From Eledone cirrhosa (lineage: Eukaryota): a stretch of 64,000 bases of DNA. The DNA lies in the NCBI GenBank assembly GCA_964016885.1, contig OZ024740.1:325190001-325254000 (forward strand), read 5' to 3'. Below the pieces are notes generated by a model. It saw only the letters and a program-made list of their open reading frames with translations, ran no database searches and was not told where the DNA came from. The translations under genes and the position numbers were made by a program. Positions within the stretch are counted from its first letter, which is position 1. The number at the start of each line of letters is the position of its first letter. Positions 12,744 through 26,060 of the stretch are shown here, in pieces.

Positions 12744-14083
12744 ATGTGCATACCTATGTATGTATAAAACAATGCACGCATACACATACGCACACAAACA
12801 CACACTCACAAACATTTGCATCTACACACGATATAAATAATTTATATATATACAAACACATTCAGAAGATATTCAATGTTCATCCATATTTATATATCAG
12901 TCGGTGACTGCCTCAACACAAGACACTAAATAGCTATGAGATTTGACGTCATCATGGTTTTGAATGATGATTGGTATAGGTTGGTGTAGGTGTATTGGTT
13001 CTATTATAGTTGGAACAAAACTAAAATAAAGAATGTCATACGTGTGCAACAGGTGTACATTATATATGTATCTATGCATGTAAGTATATATATATATGTA
13101 TAAATATATATATATGTATTATATGTATATATGTATTATAAATATGTGTGTATATTTACATACATACAGGCATACATACATTCGTACACACATTCGTACA
13201 TACATACTTACATACATACATATATATAGGTACATACACAAATACGTACATACATACACACATTAAAATGGATGTCAGTTTGTGTGAAACGAAGCTTTGT
13301 GAAACATCCTCTGCAATATATGTCAGCAGTTCCCTATTGTTTAATATGTCAAGATGTTATTGTTGACTCGGACACAGCACTTACAATGGAGGTGTATATC
13401 GTACAATACAAAGTCCGGCTGACGACAGTAAACAGGCTGACAGCCACGGAGAAACAGAAGCATGGATGAGAGAGACAGGGATAGAGGTGAGAGGCACTGA
13501 AGAGAAAAAGAGGGAGACATTACACTTTTTAGCTATTTGGAAGAAGAGGTTATAGTACATTTGAAAGACACCGTGAATATGAAGTATTTTGGACGTATCA
13601 AGTTTGAAATATCATTAAAAAATTCATTGTAGAATCTATTCATTCGGATGAAAACATGGCCACCATTAAACACCTGCTGCAAAACTATGAATAATGGAAA
13701 ATAAAATACTTGAGTTTATTATGAAAACAACGTCCTACAACAGCAACATTCCACTTAGCTACTCACTATCTATTCTCTCTTTCTGCCTGACGCGTGGAAC
13801 ATCGCCGGTAAGATTTTTTGTAAATTTATATACGAAAAACAGAACAAATTGTTTTTAAAAAAACATATTATTTTGTAGAGTAACCCCCAAGCTGAATTCT
13901 CAGCTGAGTGGTAATCCCATTTTTCGTCCCTGTAGGGGCGAACATTTTATTTTAAAAATCGTTTTAAAATATCAAATTTTACAAACTAAAAAACTTGAAC
14001 AACACAAGAACGCTGGAGAACGTCAATAGAGAAAAGAGAGAGAGAAAGAGGCAGATATTAACGTTATATCTGCTTCTGATACT

Positions 14084-15690
14084 ATGGACGTCGTCATAGA
14101 TACGACTGTCAACAAAGAGGAAAAAATGTTACCACTCAAAAATTGTACAATTTCTACCGTCGAAGCGGAGAAAAATAACACTAACTCACATGAAAACACA
14201 GAAATTAAACCTAGTAACATACATACACATGAAAAAGACATCAACAACTCCACAGATACATCTACACATAATGTTTCACCTCGTCAAGGAACTGAGATTT
14301 CCAACACCGAGGCTAACAACGATAACAACAACAACAGCAACACCACACGAAAAAAAGAAAATGTCTTTCGCTGAAACAGTGAACAAAAAACAAGATTTTA
14401 TAAATCTTGATATCTCCAATGCAAGAGATATGCTCCAGCAAGGGAGAAAATTTGTAACTTTCGAAGAAAAAGGTGGGTTTAGAATTAACTCACCCCTTGA
14501 AATAAAGGAAGACACAATTCGCAGATCAGTCACCTTTAGAACTGTGTCAAATTCCACAAGAAAGCAGACATTTGTTAACCAAGCAGATATAGAAGCTACT
14601 TTCAAGGAAATTCTAGCAAATATCGATTTTCTCCAGCAAGGAAAACAGTACGGAAGTGTTTCCGTACTGTTTAAAAGCGAGGCACTCGCCCAAAAACATT
14701 CTGTGACACCAATGGCGTCACCTTTTTCCCTACATAGATGGGAAAAGGGACACAAAAAATAAAAAATAAAAATATACCCCCAAACATTAACATCTGGTGG
14801 ATCTTGGCTGGCTTCGTAGAGCCAGAAACTGATATGATTCTTTCGATACGAAAATATATTCGACAAAGGTGGGCGGGTACTGATTTGGAGATTATGTTGC
14901 AAATGAAACCGGAGAGAATGTCCAAAATACCCGAAAGAGTTGTCATCAATGATAACAACAAAATAAACATTTCGGTAGAAGGACGAAAATTTCATTGCTT
15001 TCGCTGTGGTAGCACAGCACACCTAAAAGCCTCTTGTCCACAAACACACAACAACATCATTAAAAAAACACTATTACCAACACCAACACCAAAACAACCA
15101 CCACCACCACGAGTACAATGACAGACGAAACGAGCAACCAGACCAAAACAAACAGACACTCAACCAACAACAACAGAAAACACAGAGACAACACCCCTGA
15201 AGAACACAGCCCCACCCCATCCCACTCCATCAAACACTACCACAAACATACACACCGAAACACCACCACCACACAACATACACCTACCCCACACACCTGA
15301 CGATGATTATTCATCGACAGATGAAGCTGCTTCTCCTTCTTTAAGTGAAGAAGAGGGAGAGCCGCGGAAATCTAAAAAACAAAAAAAGAGACACCACAAA
15401 ACCCCTAAAACTCCAATCACCAACACCAACACACAACCACAGACACAAACAACAACACAAACAACACCACAATCAAACATCCCCCTATAAGGGTTTCTAT
15501 GGAAACCTATAATGACGTGAAAAATAAATGTTCACAGGACGTGAGCAACCCCTACCTGAAACCCATCAACCGCGTCCTGTTAAAATGTTTCCCCACCCCA
15601 CCCAACACCCCATCCAGCACCCAAATGGAGATTGAACAAGCCGATCTCCAGGAAACGAAAAGGTAAGTGCACATTTCGTCCTTTTTCTCC
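14084..15690 (+). pseudogene. ORF1 (gag-like, zinc knuckle), frameshifted
   Basis: ISVEGRKFHCFRCGSTAHLKASCP (CX2CX4HX4C); homologous to ORF1 at 18136-19979. Confidence 0.85.
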
Positions 15691-15707
15691 AACTCTTCTT
15701 CACCAAC

Positions 15708-17748
15708 ATGGCTAGTTTACGAGTTGGAAACGTGAATGTGCGTGGCCTAGGGATGCCCTGGAAACAGGGCCAACTTTTAAACGACCTTAAGTCACACGGT
15801 ATGGATGTGATAGCCATCACCGAATCCAGGATCCACAACAGGCAGAACTAACCCCCATCTTCGACGACTTTGAGATCTACGCATCTCTCTGTCAGCCATG
15901 AGGTGGAGGTGGAGTGACTGTCATGTTTCGGAAGAACCTGGACGTCGAAGTACAAGTACACTTGGGCCCGGAGGGTAGACTGGTAGTCCTAGACGTGAAG
16001 AGTATTGGAGGTGGAGCCTTCAGACTGGTGGCCGTTTATGCCCCGACCGGGCAATCGCAATCACAGCCAGACTTCTTTAAGCGTCTAGAGTCTTTTCTGG
16101 GAACGTCTCGCTCCTTACTTTTAGTGGGGGACTGGAATGGTATACTAGATGCACGATGGGACTATGTGGGAGCATGTCACAGTAGATGGGGGTGCAACAG
16201 CCTCAAAACTGTAATCGGCCGATTCCAACTAGTCGATAGGTATCGACTGGATTTCCGGACTGCACCACAGTGGACGTGGGCAAATCGCAGCGGGACATCT
16301 AGATCGTATTTAGATAGGTTCTTTATTAGAGAAAGGGACAAGGAGATGTTAAGCTGTCCACGAATACACATGGTTGCCTATTCAGATCACAAATTAGTCG
16401 TCTGTTTAGTCAACCGCGATAGAACACATAAACAAGGACCCGGATACTGGAAGCTGAACGTGTCGTTGCCGGCACGTAAAGCTTACAGTGAACGGATAAG
16501 TAGACTAGTCAAGCAACAGTTAATGGGAGCCATCGTCAACAATAGATGGTGGTACTCTCTCAAGAAAGCAATTAGAATAGAATCAATAGGGTTTAGCAGA
16601 GAGTTAGCCTTAGAGAAAAAAAAACTAGAAAGAGAACTAGTAGCCAAGGTAGAGGAGGCACTTAGAAGTGGCAACGCGGCTAGAGTGTTAGCGTCGAGAA
16701 CGGCACTGGACCAGTTCTTCGATGCGAAACACATGGTCAAGAGCAAAGCACGTGCTCTAGGAACGAAGGTCCACTTGTTGCCACTTTTTGCTTCCGCCCT
16801 CTCTCCTCCATTCTGTATGTATTGACTCTAGAGCCACTACTGCGGAAATTGGAGCTGTTGCAGGGCATCCCTCTAGAACCGGGACTCCGCAAAGCGGCGT
16901 CCGGCTTATGCCGACGACGTGACAGCAATGGTGTCGAGCACCTCGGAAATCGGGGTGATCGGCAACTTACTGAAAGAATACGAAACGCTAACGGGAGCAA
17001 AACTAAACTCGGACAAGTCTGTCGGTTTGCAACTCGGTACGTGGAGAGGCAAACCGATGACGTCCGACAGCGTCTCCAGGTATTCCTCACCGACCCCCAA
17101 CCGGTGTGGGTACCGTTTGTGAGACAGGCTTTCCCACAGCTCGTCCACTTCAACATTATATAGAGGGATTGTACGTTACAAGGACGAAGACGTGCACGGA
17201 GAGACTCTGGGAGTCGAAGACGATGAGCTCACCAGTCTGTTTGGTAGGACTTTCCGCCCGGGACCTATGGACAACTTCCAGAGGACCCTGGCCTGGCAGT
17301 GCTACCGAGGATCTCTACCGGTTCGTGACAAGATCTACAGGCACGGACGCCCCGGCAGGGATCCTTCCAAGAGGACGTGTCCAAGATGCGCGCAGGGCAT
17401 TGAAACAGTCCTGCACGCAATTGTACACTGCCCGGGCGTAACCGACCTGTGGAACTATGCAGAATAACTGGTGTCGCGTATGGGATAAATCCAGTTGACT
17501 GCCGAGTCCATAGTAAGGATCAAACCGCCAGCCTCTTTCAAAAACGAAAGAGAGGCGGGTTTCCTCTGTACAGTGGCTATGGTGAAAGAAGTTATATGGT
17601 GGGCGAGATTGAGAGTACTGAGGACAGATGCCTTTCACTCGGACAACAATTGATTCCCTTCTTTAAGTATCACTTTAGAAGGAGAATCAGAGTGGAGAGA
17701 GAGCAAAAAGAAGAAAGGGGCACTTGCACAACACGCTTCTGGAGTTGA
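15708..17748 (+). pseudogene. ORF2 (APE endonuclease + RT), frameshifted with large internal deletions
   Basis: MASLRVGNVNVRGL start, VYAP, GDWN, SYLDRF, YSDH, GPGYWKLN; TATGCCGACGAC (YADD) near 16907; C-terminal CPRC..ETVLHAIVHC. Confidence 0.9.
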
Positions 17749-18135
17749 GAGTTGTTCTATCGACGGGGTTTTAAACAACCCATTTGTGGCACCTCCCCCC
17801 CTATTGGGGATTTCGATTGTTGTAATTGTTTGTTTTTATATTTTTTACACGACTGTATGTAAAACCTCGGCATGTCTTTGTGCGCCCTTGTGGCAAATAA
17901 AGAAATATATCTATCTATCTATCTATCTATCTTGATAGAGTAAGACACGCTTCACATCGGCTCCGCTATTCCATCGGGATTTACCCTTACTATTGTAAGT
18001 ACCGGATAAATTTTTCAGTGCAACACATTTGGAACACTAACCCCTGTTATTTAGGGAAACATTTTTGCATTTACCCCCCTTTTTAGGGGGTAAAATAAAT
18101 ATCTATTTTTGCCGAAAAATTTCTTTCTTGGCAGC

Positions 18136-19979
18136 ATGGCGGAAAAGATGCAGACATGTCTGCCATTAGCTCTGCCACGCCCCCCCAAGTCTGAAGAACA
18201 AAAAATAATTACAACAAAATTAGACAACGAAACAAACAAAGAAAATGAAAAAACAAATGTTAAGGAAAATGAGGAAACGGAAAACAAACAAACAGAAAAT
18301 AATACAAATAACACCAGGGCAACTTTCGCCCAGAAAACAAAACAATCCATTACATACACACCAATTGACCTAACTGCCGCCAGAGAAAAACTGGCCGAAG
18401 CAAAGAAACACATTGTTTTGGGGAGAACGGAATGTTTTCAATTAACTCCCCCCCCCCCCCCCCGAATTCAAGGAAGCGAGAACAGAGAACACAGTTCTCT
18501 TCAGAACAATCCTAAACCAAACAAGAAAGCCAGCACAGCCCAGCCAAATGGAGATAGAGTTGGTCCTAAAAGACTATATGAAGAATATTCTCTTCATACG
18601 AAAGGACCGACTCTATGGCAGCATTTCGGTCCTAACAAAAGACAAGGAAACGGCGGAGAAGCTTTCCCTAAGCCCACTCTCATCGACAACATACAGATTC
18701 TATCCCTCCTACATGGGTAGAAGAACACAGAGAGTAAAAGTAAAAACAATGCTGCCCACAATGGACTTCTGGTGGGCTATTGCTGGCTTCATAGATATGG
18801 GCGAAGACACAATGCTGTCAATGGGGAAGGCAACTGGAGATGCGTTCCTGGGAATGGGCCTCGACATACTAGTCCAAATGAGGCCCGAAAGAATAGCACA
18901 AATCCCGGATCGCATCTGGCTGGATGACCTTACCCCAATAGACATAATTGTAGAGGGGAGAAGACCAGCATGCTATTTATGCATGGAAAGGGGACACGTT
19001 AAGGCTAACTGCCCGAAACGTATCCCCCAAAAAGGACTATTGCCCACACCCACCACAAACAGTACACCAACACCACCCACCTCCAAAAATACACTAATAC
19101 CACACACAGCAAACAAAATACAAACACCACCAAGCACAACACAAACATCACCACCACCAGCACCAAACACAAGCACGACACAAAAATCACCACCACCATC
19201 ACCAACACAAACACCACCACCACCATTACCAACCACAAGCACGACACAAACAGCACCACCACCACCACAAAACGCATTCCAAACAAATAATAAAAAAAAC
19301 AGCAACAAATCTACCCCTCCCGCAAAAAAAAAACAACCAGACACGACGTCCCTCCCACCTAGCGCTGAAGAGTTTCCCCCAACTTCTGAAGAAGAAGGAG
19401 GAGAAGCCTTCAGACAAGTTAAAAGAAAAAAAGAAAGCACACACCCAGCACACCACAAATAACCCACACACAAACACCAACTCCAATAAAAAACACCCCA
19501 CCCTCAACAAACAAAAATAAATCTGCGCCTCCCCTCTCCGAAACATTGACAGCATCACAAAAAAAGACATTGCAATACACATATATAAATAAAGAAAACA
19601 AAAAACTGGTTAAATTAATAAACAATAGCCCTTTGGTACAGACCGAAGGGCCAAACTTTATCTCAACAGAGAACTTCACCCATTTAAAAATGATAAAGGT
19701 CCCTCTGGACCTTTATCGTTCCTTAAAAGAACAATTTAGACAGGACGTGAGCCCCCCCCCCCCCCCCCCTGTTTAAAACCGTTAAATCGCGTCCTCTTGA
19801 AAGATTTCCCCATAACCTCCCCTCTCCCTGACACAACTCCAAACACCCCAACCCAACCACACTCGGGCACCCCCACACCACCACAAAACATCCCTCCACC
19901 CAACACACCTGACGCCATGGAAATTACACAACCCGGAGAGGTAAGTGCTTTTCTTTCTTCACTTTCAACACCAAAATAG
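18136..19979 (+). pseudogene. ORF1 (zinc knuckle, Pro/Thr-rich), frameshifted
   Basis: IIVEGRRPACYLCMERGHVKANCP in ORF 18548-19462; breaks at or near homopolymer runs. Confidence 0.88.
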
Positions 19980-22900
19980 ATCAATTGAGAGTTGGCTGTT
20001 TGAAGGCGCGTGGCCTGGGCTCAGCTTGGAAGCAAGCAAAGCTACTAAGTGACCTCAAGTCACGAAGTATAGATGTGATGGTTGTTTGCGAGAGTCGGAT
20101 CAGCAGCGTGCGACAGCTGGCTCCCGCCTTCGATGACTTTGAGATGCACGCATCTCTCTGTCAACCCGGAGGCCGGGGGGGGGGGGAGTTGCCGTACTGC
20201 TGGATAAACGTCTGGCTCTCGACGTACAGATTGTTCACTCGGACCCGGGGGGTCGATTACTGGTGCTGGACGTCGGAGGCGGTGAAGGCGGGGCTTTCAG
20301 ACTGGTCGGTCTTTATGCCCCCTTCGGGGCTGAAAGAGCCGACTTCTTCCAGCGTCTGGAGACTTTTCTAGGAACGTCGCGTTCCCTGCTTTTAGTGGGG
20401 GACTGGAATGGAATCCTAGATGCGCGTTGGGACTATGCAGGGGCATGTCCCGATAGAGGGGGGTGTAGCAGCCTCAAGGGGTTACTCGATCGATTCGACC
20501 TGGTCGATAGATTTCGACTAGATTGTCCAACTGCGCCAACCTGGACCTGGGCAAACCGCAGTGGACAATCTAGATCGTACCTAGATAGGTTTTTGGTTAG
20601 GAGTAAGGATAGGGACGTATTTAGTTGTCCAGAATTGATCATGGTTTGCTATTCAGATCACAAATTAGTGAGTTGCGTGGTCAACCTTGATAGAACACAT
20701 AGACAGGGTCCCGGTTACTGGAAGATGAACTTGTCCTTGCCGGCAAAGAAAGATTACAGGAACCGGATTAGTAGCTTAGTTAAGATGCGGCTGACGGGAG
20801 CGATCGTCAACAGTAGGTGGTGGGTATCTCTAAAGAGAGAGATTAGAGTAAGTTCGATAGGTTACAGTAAGGAACTAGCGGCGAATAGAAATAGGAAGGA
20901 AAGGGAGTTAACAGATAAACTAGAAGAGGCGATTAGGAGCGGAGACGTAGCCAGAGTGTTAGCGGCGAGAACGGCGTTGAGCCAGTTCTTTGACGCGAAG
21001 TACGAAGGCTGCGTTGTCCGAAGTAAAATACGTGCTTTAGGAAACGAGGGGACCAAAGCTGTTAGCTGGGCCCGCGTGACAGAAGCCAAGAGTGGGATTA
21101 AATCCACCATTCGGTCTTTGCGAGACCAGGATGGACGGGTGATCCTTGAACCTGAGCGGATGTGCGAGGCCTTTCAAAGGCACTTTGCTCGACTGTTCGG
21201 AGGGGGCGGGGGGCCGGACGGGGATGTGGACTTCGGTCCATACCTCGACGGTCTACCGCGTCTTTCGAGCAGCGAAGCGGAGTGCTGCGAAAGGCCAATC
21301 ACAGCCACTGAAATCGGGGAAGCGCTCAGCCAATGCAGCAGACGCAAATCTCCGGGTCTCGATGGTCTACCATACGAACTTTATCTAGCTATGCCGGTCT
21401 TGTTCTCCGAACTCCTCGAGGCTGTCTATTGCAACTGGCAACAGAACGGGAGAATTCCCTGTTCTGTGACCAAGGGCGTGGTCACGCTAGTGAGGAAGGA
21501 CGAGAGCAAGGGGGACGACTTAAGTAACTTTAGGCCCATAACTCTGCTGAATGCAGAGTTACAGATTTTGGCCAAGGTGTTGGCGAAGAGGTTGGCGCTT
21601 GTGGTGGGTGGTTTGGTGGGAGACGCCCAGACATGCGCTATCCCGTCCAGGTCCATTCACGACAACCTCCACCTCATGCGATACATCATAGAGAGGGTTG
21701 GCAACGAACCCGGCTTTGGTGGGGGCCCTGATCAACTTGGATCAATCTAAGGCGTTCGATAGGGTCGACCATGGTTACCTGGATGCGGTGCTAGCGGCGG
21801 CGGGCTTCGGACCCGTTTTCAGAGGCTGGATTTCTGCCATGCACAGTGGCAACATCTACTCTAGGATTAAAGTAAACGGCTACCTCTCGGAGCCATTTCA
21901 AATCACCCGGTCCATCAGACGGGGGTGCCCCCTCTCCTCCCTTCTGTACGTATTGACTCTCGAGCCACTGCTGCGGAAGTTGGAGTTGCTGCGGGGCATA
22001 CCCCTGGAACCGGGATTGCACAAAGCGGTCTCGGCCTATGCCGACGACGTAACAGTAATGGTGGCGGACGCCTCGGAAATCGGGGAGATCGCCACCCTAC
22101 TGGAGGAATACGAAAGGCTGACGGGGGCTAGGCTGAACCGGGACAAGTCAGTCGGTTTGCAACTCGGAACGTGGAGGGGCAAACCGATGCCGTTAGACGG
22201 TGTCGTCGGGCGGTGGACGGAGGGCCCGGTGAAGCTGCTCGGGGTCTGGTTCGGACCGGACCTCCAGGTGGAGAAGAATTGGGGCGAGGTGACGAGCAGG
22301 GTGTTTGCGCTGACCCAGAAGTGGGTCAAGTGCAAACTATCACTGAAAGGTCGGGCGGAGGTGACGAACGCTTACATAGCGTCCGTCATCTGCTACCGCC
22401 TGACCGTCGTGCCTTGCCCCAAGGAAAAGATCACCATCATGGAACGCATGCTCTTCCAGTTCCTCTGGAAGAAGCGGCCTCCCATGGTGAGGAGATCCAT
22501 CTGCTGCCAGCACCCTTCGAAAGGAGGGCTGGGTATGCCGTGGCTGTTGATGCGTAAGCACGCATTGAGGCTACGGCATCTACAGGTATTCCTCACCGGT
22601 CAGCCGGTGTGGGCCCCGTTTGTGAGGCGAGCCTTCCCACAGCTCGTCTCGCTCACCGAGCTGCAATCCTGGGTGAAGCAAAGACCGAGAAAACTGGGCA
22701 ACTGGCACACCGAGTGTGCCCAGGCGCTCACGGCTATCTGGCAAGCGGACCCGACTGTCAGTGGAGAATCCACCTCGACATTCTATAGAGGGCTGGTGGC
22801 TAGCAGGGGCGACGACACCCTTGGAGAGTCGCTAGGCATGGAGGAGGACGAACTGGCCAGCCTGTTCGGTAGAACTTTCGGCCCGGGACCCATGGACAAC

Positions 22901-23419
22901 TTCCAGAGGTCCCTAGCCTGGCAGCGTTACCGGGGGGCTCTGCCCGTTCGAGAAAAGCTCTACAGACACGGGCGCCCGGGCAGGGATCCAGCGAAAAAGA
23001 TCTGTCCCAGATGCGTGCGCGACGAGGAAACCGTTGCGCATGCACTGGTACACTGCCCGGGCGTTGCCGATCTGTGGGGCTACGTCGAACGACTGCTGTC
23101 GCGTGTGGCGCCGATTCGATTAACCGCCGAGTCTGTGGTGAACATCAAGCCGCCGCCTCCCTTCAGAAACGAAGCAGAGGCGGTCTTTCTGTGCGTAATA
23201 GCCATGATGAAAGAGGTTGTGTGGTGGACGCGCCTGAAAGGTCTGAGGTCGGGTGACTTTCTCTCCGGCCATCACCTGGTTTACTTCTTCCGATACCACT
23301 TCGGAAGAAGGATCAGGATGGAGAGAGAAGTGCTTGGCCCCAGACAGTTTTATGAAAGGTGGGTGAAAGAAGCGAGAATGGCTCGTGTAAATGGGCCTTC
23401 TCTCTACATTGTTCTGTAG
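19976..23419 (+). pseudogene. ORF2 APE endonuclease-reverse transcriptase with C-terminal zinc finger; two frameshifts
   Basis: GDWN, YLDR, YSDH, KSPGLDG, FRPITLLN, LDQSKAFDRVDH, GCPLS, YADD, KGGLG, CPRC..ETVAHALVHC across ORFs 19985, 20263 and 21698; start codon reads ATA at 19976. Confidence 0.93.
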
Positions 23420-23887
23420 GTGAAGAAGTGAAGAGGAAAGGGGGAGCGCCTCCTCTCTGGGCTTCCCCCGCGAAAAGGGTTGCACACTTTTCGGGGGTAT
23501 GTGCAATCCCGAACACGCCCCCTCCCTTTTGAGGACTTTTTATTATTATATTATTATTGTTATTCCTTTTTTCTTTACTCGATTTATGTAAACTCCCCCA
23601 CTGTGTATTTGTCCCCTTCTTTTGTGCCCTCGTGGCAAATAAATAGAAATTTATCTATCTATCGTCCCCTTCTTTTGTGTCCCTGTGGCAAATAAACAAA
23701 CATATCTATCTATCTATCCGATTGTATCGCTCTCTCTCTCTCGCGCGCGCACGTGTGTGTGTGTGTATTATTATACGTCCGTACGAAGCTTAGAGGCTAT
23801 GTGTGTATATGTAAGTAAAAGAGTGTGTCTGCTTGTAAGTACGAAGTTGTGAGCAAAAGTATGTTAATATAAGTGTGTGTGTGCGTG

Positions 23888-23940
<53 letters not shown>

Positions 23941-24149
23941 AAACAGAGTTGTGAAGAGAAAAGTAGAGGGTGCGGAAGGAATGGAGAATATGTCGCCGGA
24001 AAGGTAGGATGATGAGGTGGTAGGTGAGAGGGAAAAGAAGGCGGGAGCTGGGGGGGGGGGGGGCTGGTGAGGTGAGAGGGCTGTGGCATGGTCGGTTTCA
24101 CAGGCGTGGGCGAGAGCAGCTTAGATCAAAGTGGGGAGATATCAATGGT

Positions 24150-24720
24150 TTTTGCATAGCTACGGCTGAACTGGTCCTCATCAGGACGATCTCCCGCTCA
24201 TGCAAATGCTGGACTTGAAAACAGGCGAGATTATATATAATTTTCTCGTCTGTACAAATGAGGTGATTAATCTCATTTGCATATGGAGCTGTATAAGTTG
24301 GCTCAACTTATAATAGAATAGAATTTAGCTTCGAACATAGCTGTATACAGATAATTATTGGAATTTGGTATTTCTAAAGAAATATGGTATGATTATAAAT
24401 AAACATTTAGAAAAAGGTACCTATGCAAAAACACAGCTGGCTATCGCCACCTGGCGGTGTCCGCACAATCAAGGGGGACAATCGTCGTTGCATTTTGAAC
24501 TAAACTGGTTCTCATCTGGACGATCCCTCCCGTTCTTGCAATTGCTGAGCTTGAAAACAGGCGAGAATATATACTTTTTTTGTCTGTGCAAATAAGGTGA
24601 TTAATCTCATTCGCATAGCTACGGGTTTCTAAATGTTTATTTATAAACATACCGTATTTCTAATTCTATTCTATTATAAGTTGAGCCAACTTATACAGCT
24701 TCATATGCAAATGAGATGTT
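24150..24720 (-). mobile_element. Rearranged element with tandem degenerate hammerheads
   Basis: Direct repeats about 24169-24283 and 24503-24618 carry minus-strand CTGATGA/CAGATGA cores; nested inverted repeats 24270-24325/24661-24718 and 24378-24413/24625-24661. Confidence 0.6.
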
Positions 24721-26009
24721 TTGAATGCTGCTTGTAACAATCTTCTGTAGTCTATGACCAAACAGTTTTTAGAACCTTTGTTAAAGTCATGTCTCTGTAC
24801 CATACGTCAGCATAAGGTAAACTAGTCTGTAGGTTTAGTAAATTGGTGCTAAACCAATCCTAGGAATAATAGTCATTTTAATAACGGATGTTTAAATGGA
24901 TTACCAACAGATTAAATCCAAAATCAGACATTCCTAGATAGTGTGTAAAGTCCAGCAGCTGTGTGATTTTTCTTCTTTGTTTTACAAAATATTTTCTCAG
25001 TAGCAGCTCTATTTACAATATGTTGACTGGAGAATTCCAGACTATCGTAAAATTCTACAACTTATTTAGTGAAACTAAAAATAGATATGAAATACCAAGT
25101 ATAGAACAAATGGAGGATGGGTGTGTATGTGTATATTAAAATGTTGACTTCCGTAAGAGAGGGAACCAACATTTTTTGTTGATTTTGTAGTATTTTTTAA
25201 AATGTTATTTTAGTTCCGGAAGCTAATACACGACTATCAGATAATATGGATATTAAGACATTATAAATTGTTCAAAATGCCTGAAGCCAACATACGTAGA
25301 ATATAAAAGTGTAGATAAAGGCATATACATTATGTTTAGATATGATAAACATACATAGAATATTGCTGTCAGTATTCTAAATTGTGATTATACTACAGCT
25401 ACTTCAGCATCGGTGAAAGAATGCAGTATACGTGTATTTCTAAGTTATAAACCATCAGCAACAGCAGCCATTTCTTCCGTGTTAGTGCAAGCTTGACTTT
25501 CTGAAGTTAAACGGCGACGACTGATGATGAGTAATAACACTGAAATACATGTATGCAACGATACCGATTTGACTGTCATATAACAACAGCTTAAAATACT
25601 CACAGTGAGATTATATATATAGGTTTATTATACTCAAAAATATTGTATTGGAGTTCATATACACCTTTATTCTGAATCAAGCTGTGTAAGTGCTGCCGCA
25701 ATTTTAGAAATGTGTATATTGTTCCGAAATAAATACTAGTCTCCGTTCAGCACTGTATAAATAGGCATCTGTCCATGCTATATCAATATTTGTTTCCCAA
25801 CTCAAACAACATTAATTTAACTTTTAATATCTTGTATTGATGTAGCACAGAATATCTATAATCGGGTTTCTTAATGTAAAATGTTTATAGTATCTTTGGT
25901 GGTGGACAAATCGTTGCGAAAATATGCAGTATGAGAGTCTTCTTCTTTTTCTTCTCCCCACCTCCTCCTCTTCCTTCGCCTCTTCCTCCTTCTTCTTCTC
26001 CCCCTTCCC

Positions 26010-26029
26010 TTCTTCTTCTTCTTCTTCTT

Positions 26030-26060
<31 letters not shown>

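Larger units (their letters stand above)
13770..17931 (+). mobile_element. Tx1-clade non-LTR retrotransposon, internally deleted
   Basis: ORF1 remnant with CCHC knuckle, APE endonuclease and RT remnants, 3' end CCCTTGTGGCAAATAAAGAAAT followed by (ATCT)n; 5' boundary approximate. Confidence 0.9.
17932..23720 (+). mobile_element. Near full-length Tx1-clade non-LTR retrotransposon
   Basis: 5' UTR, ORF1, complete ORF2 in three frames, duplicated 3' end GTGGCAAATAAA followed by (ATCT)n. Confidence 0.93.

Noticed and set aside
14276-23506. Antisense and alternative-frame ORFs overlapping the LINEs
   Set aside because: Shadow ORFs of GC-rich or low-complexity LINE coding sequence
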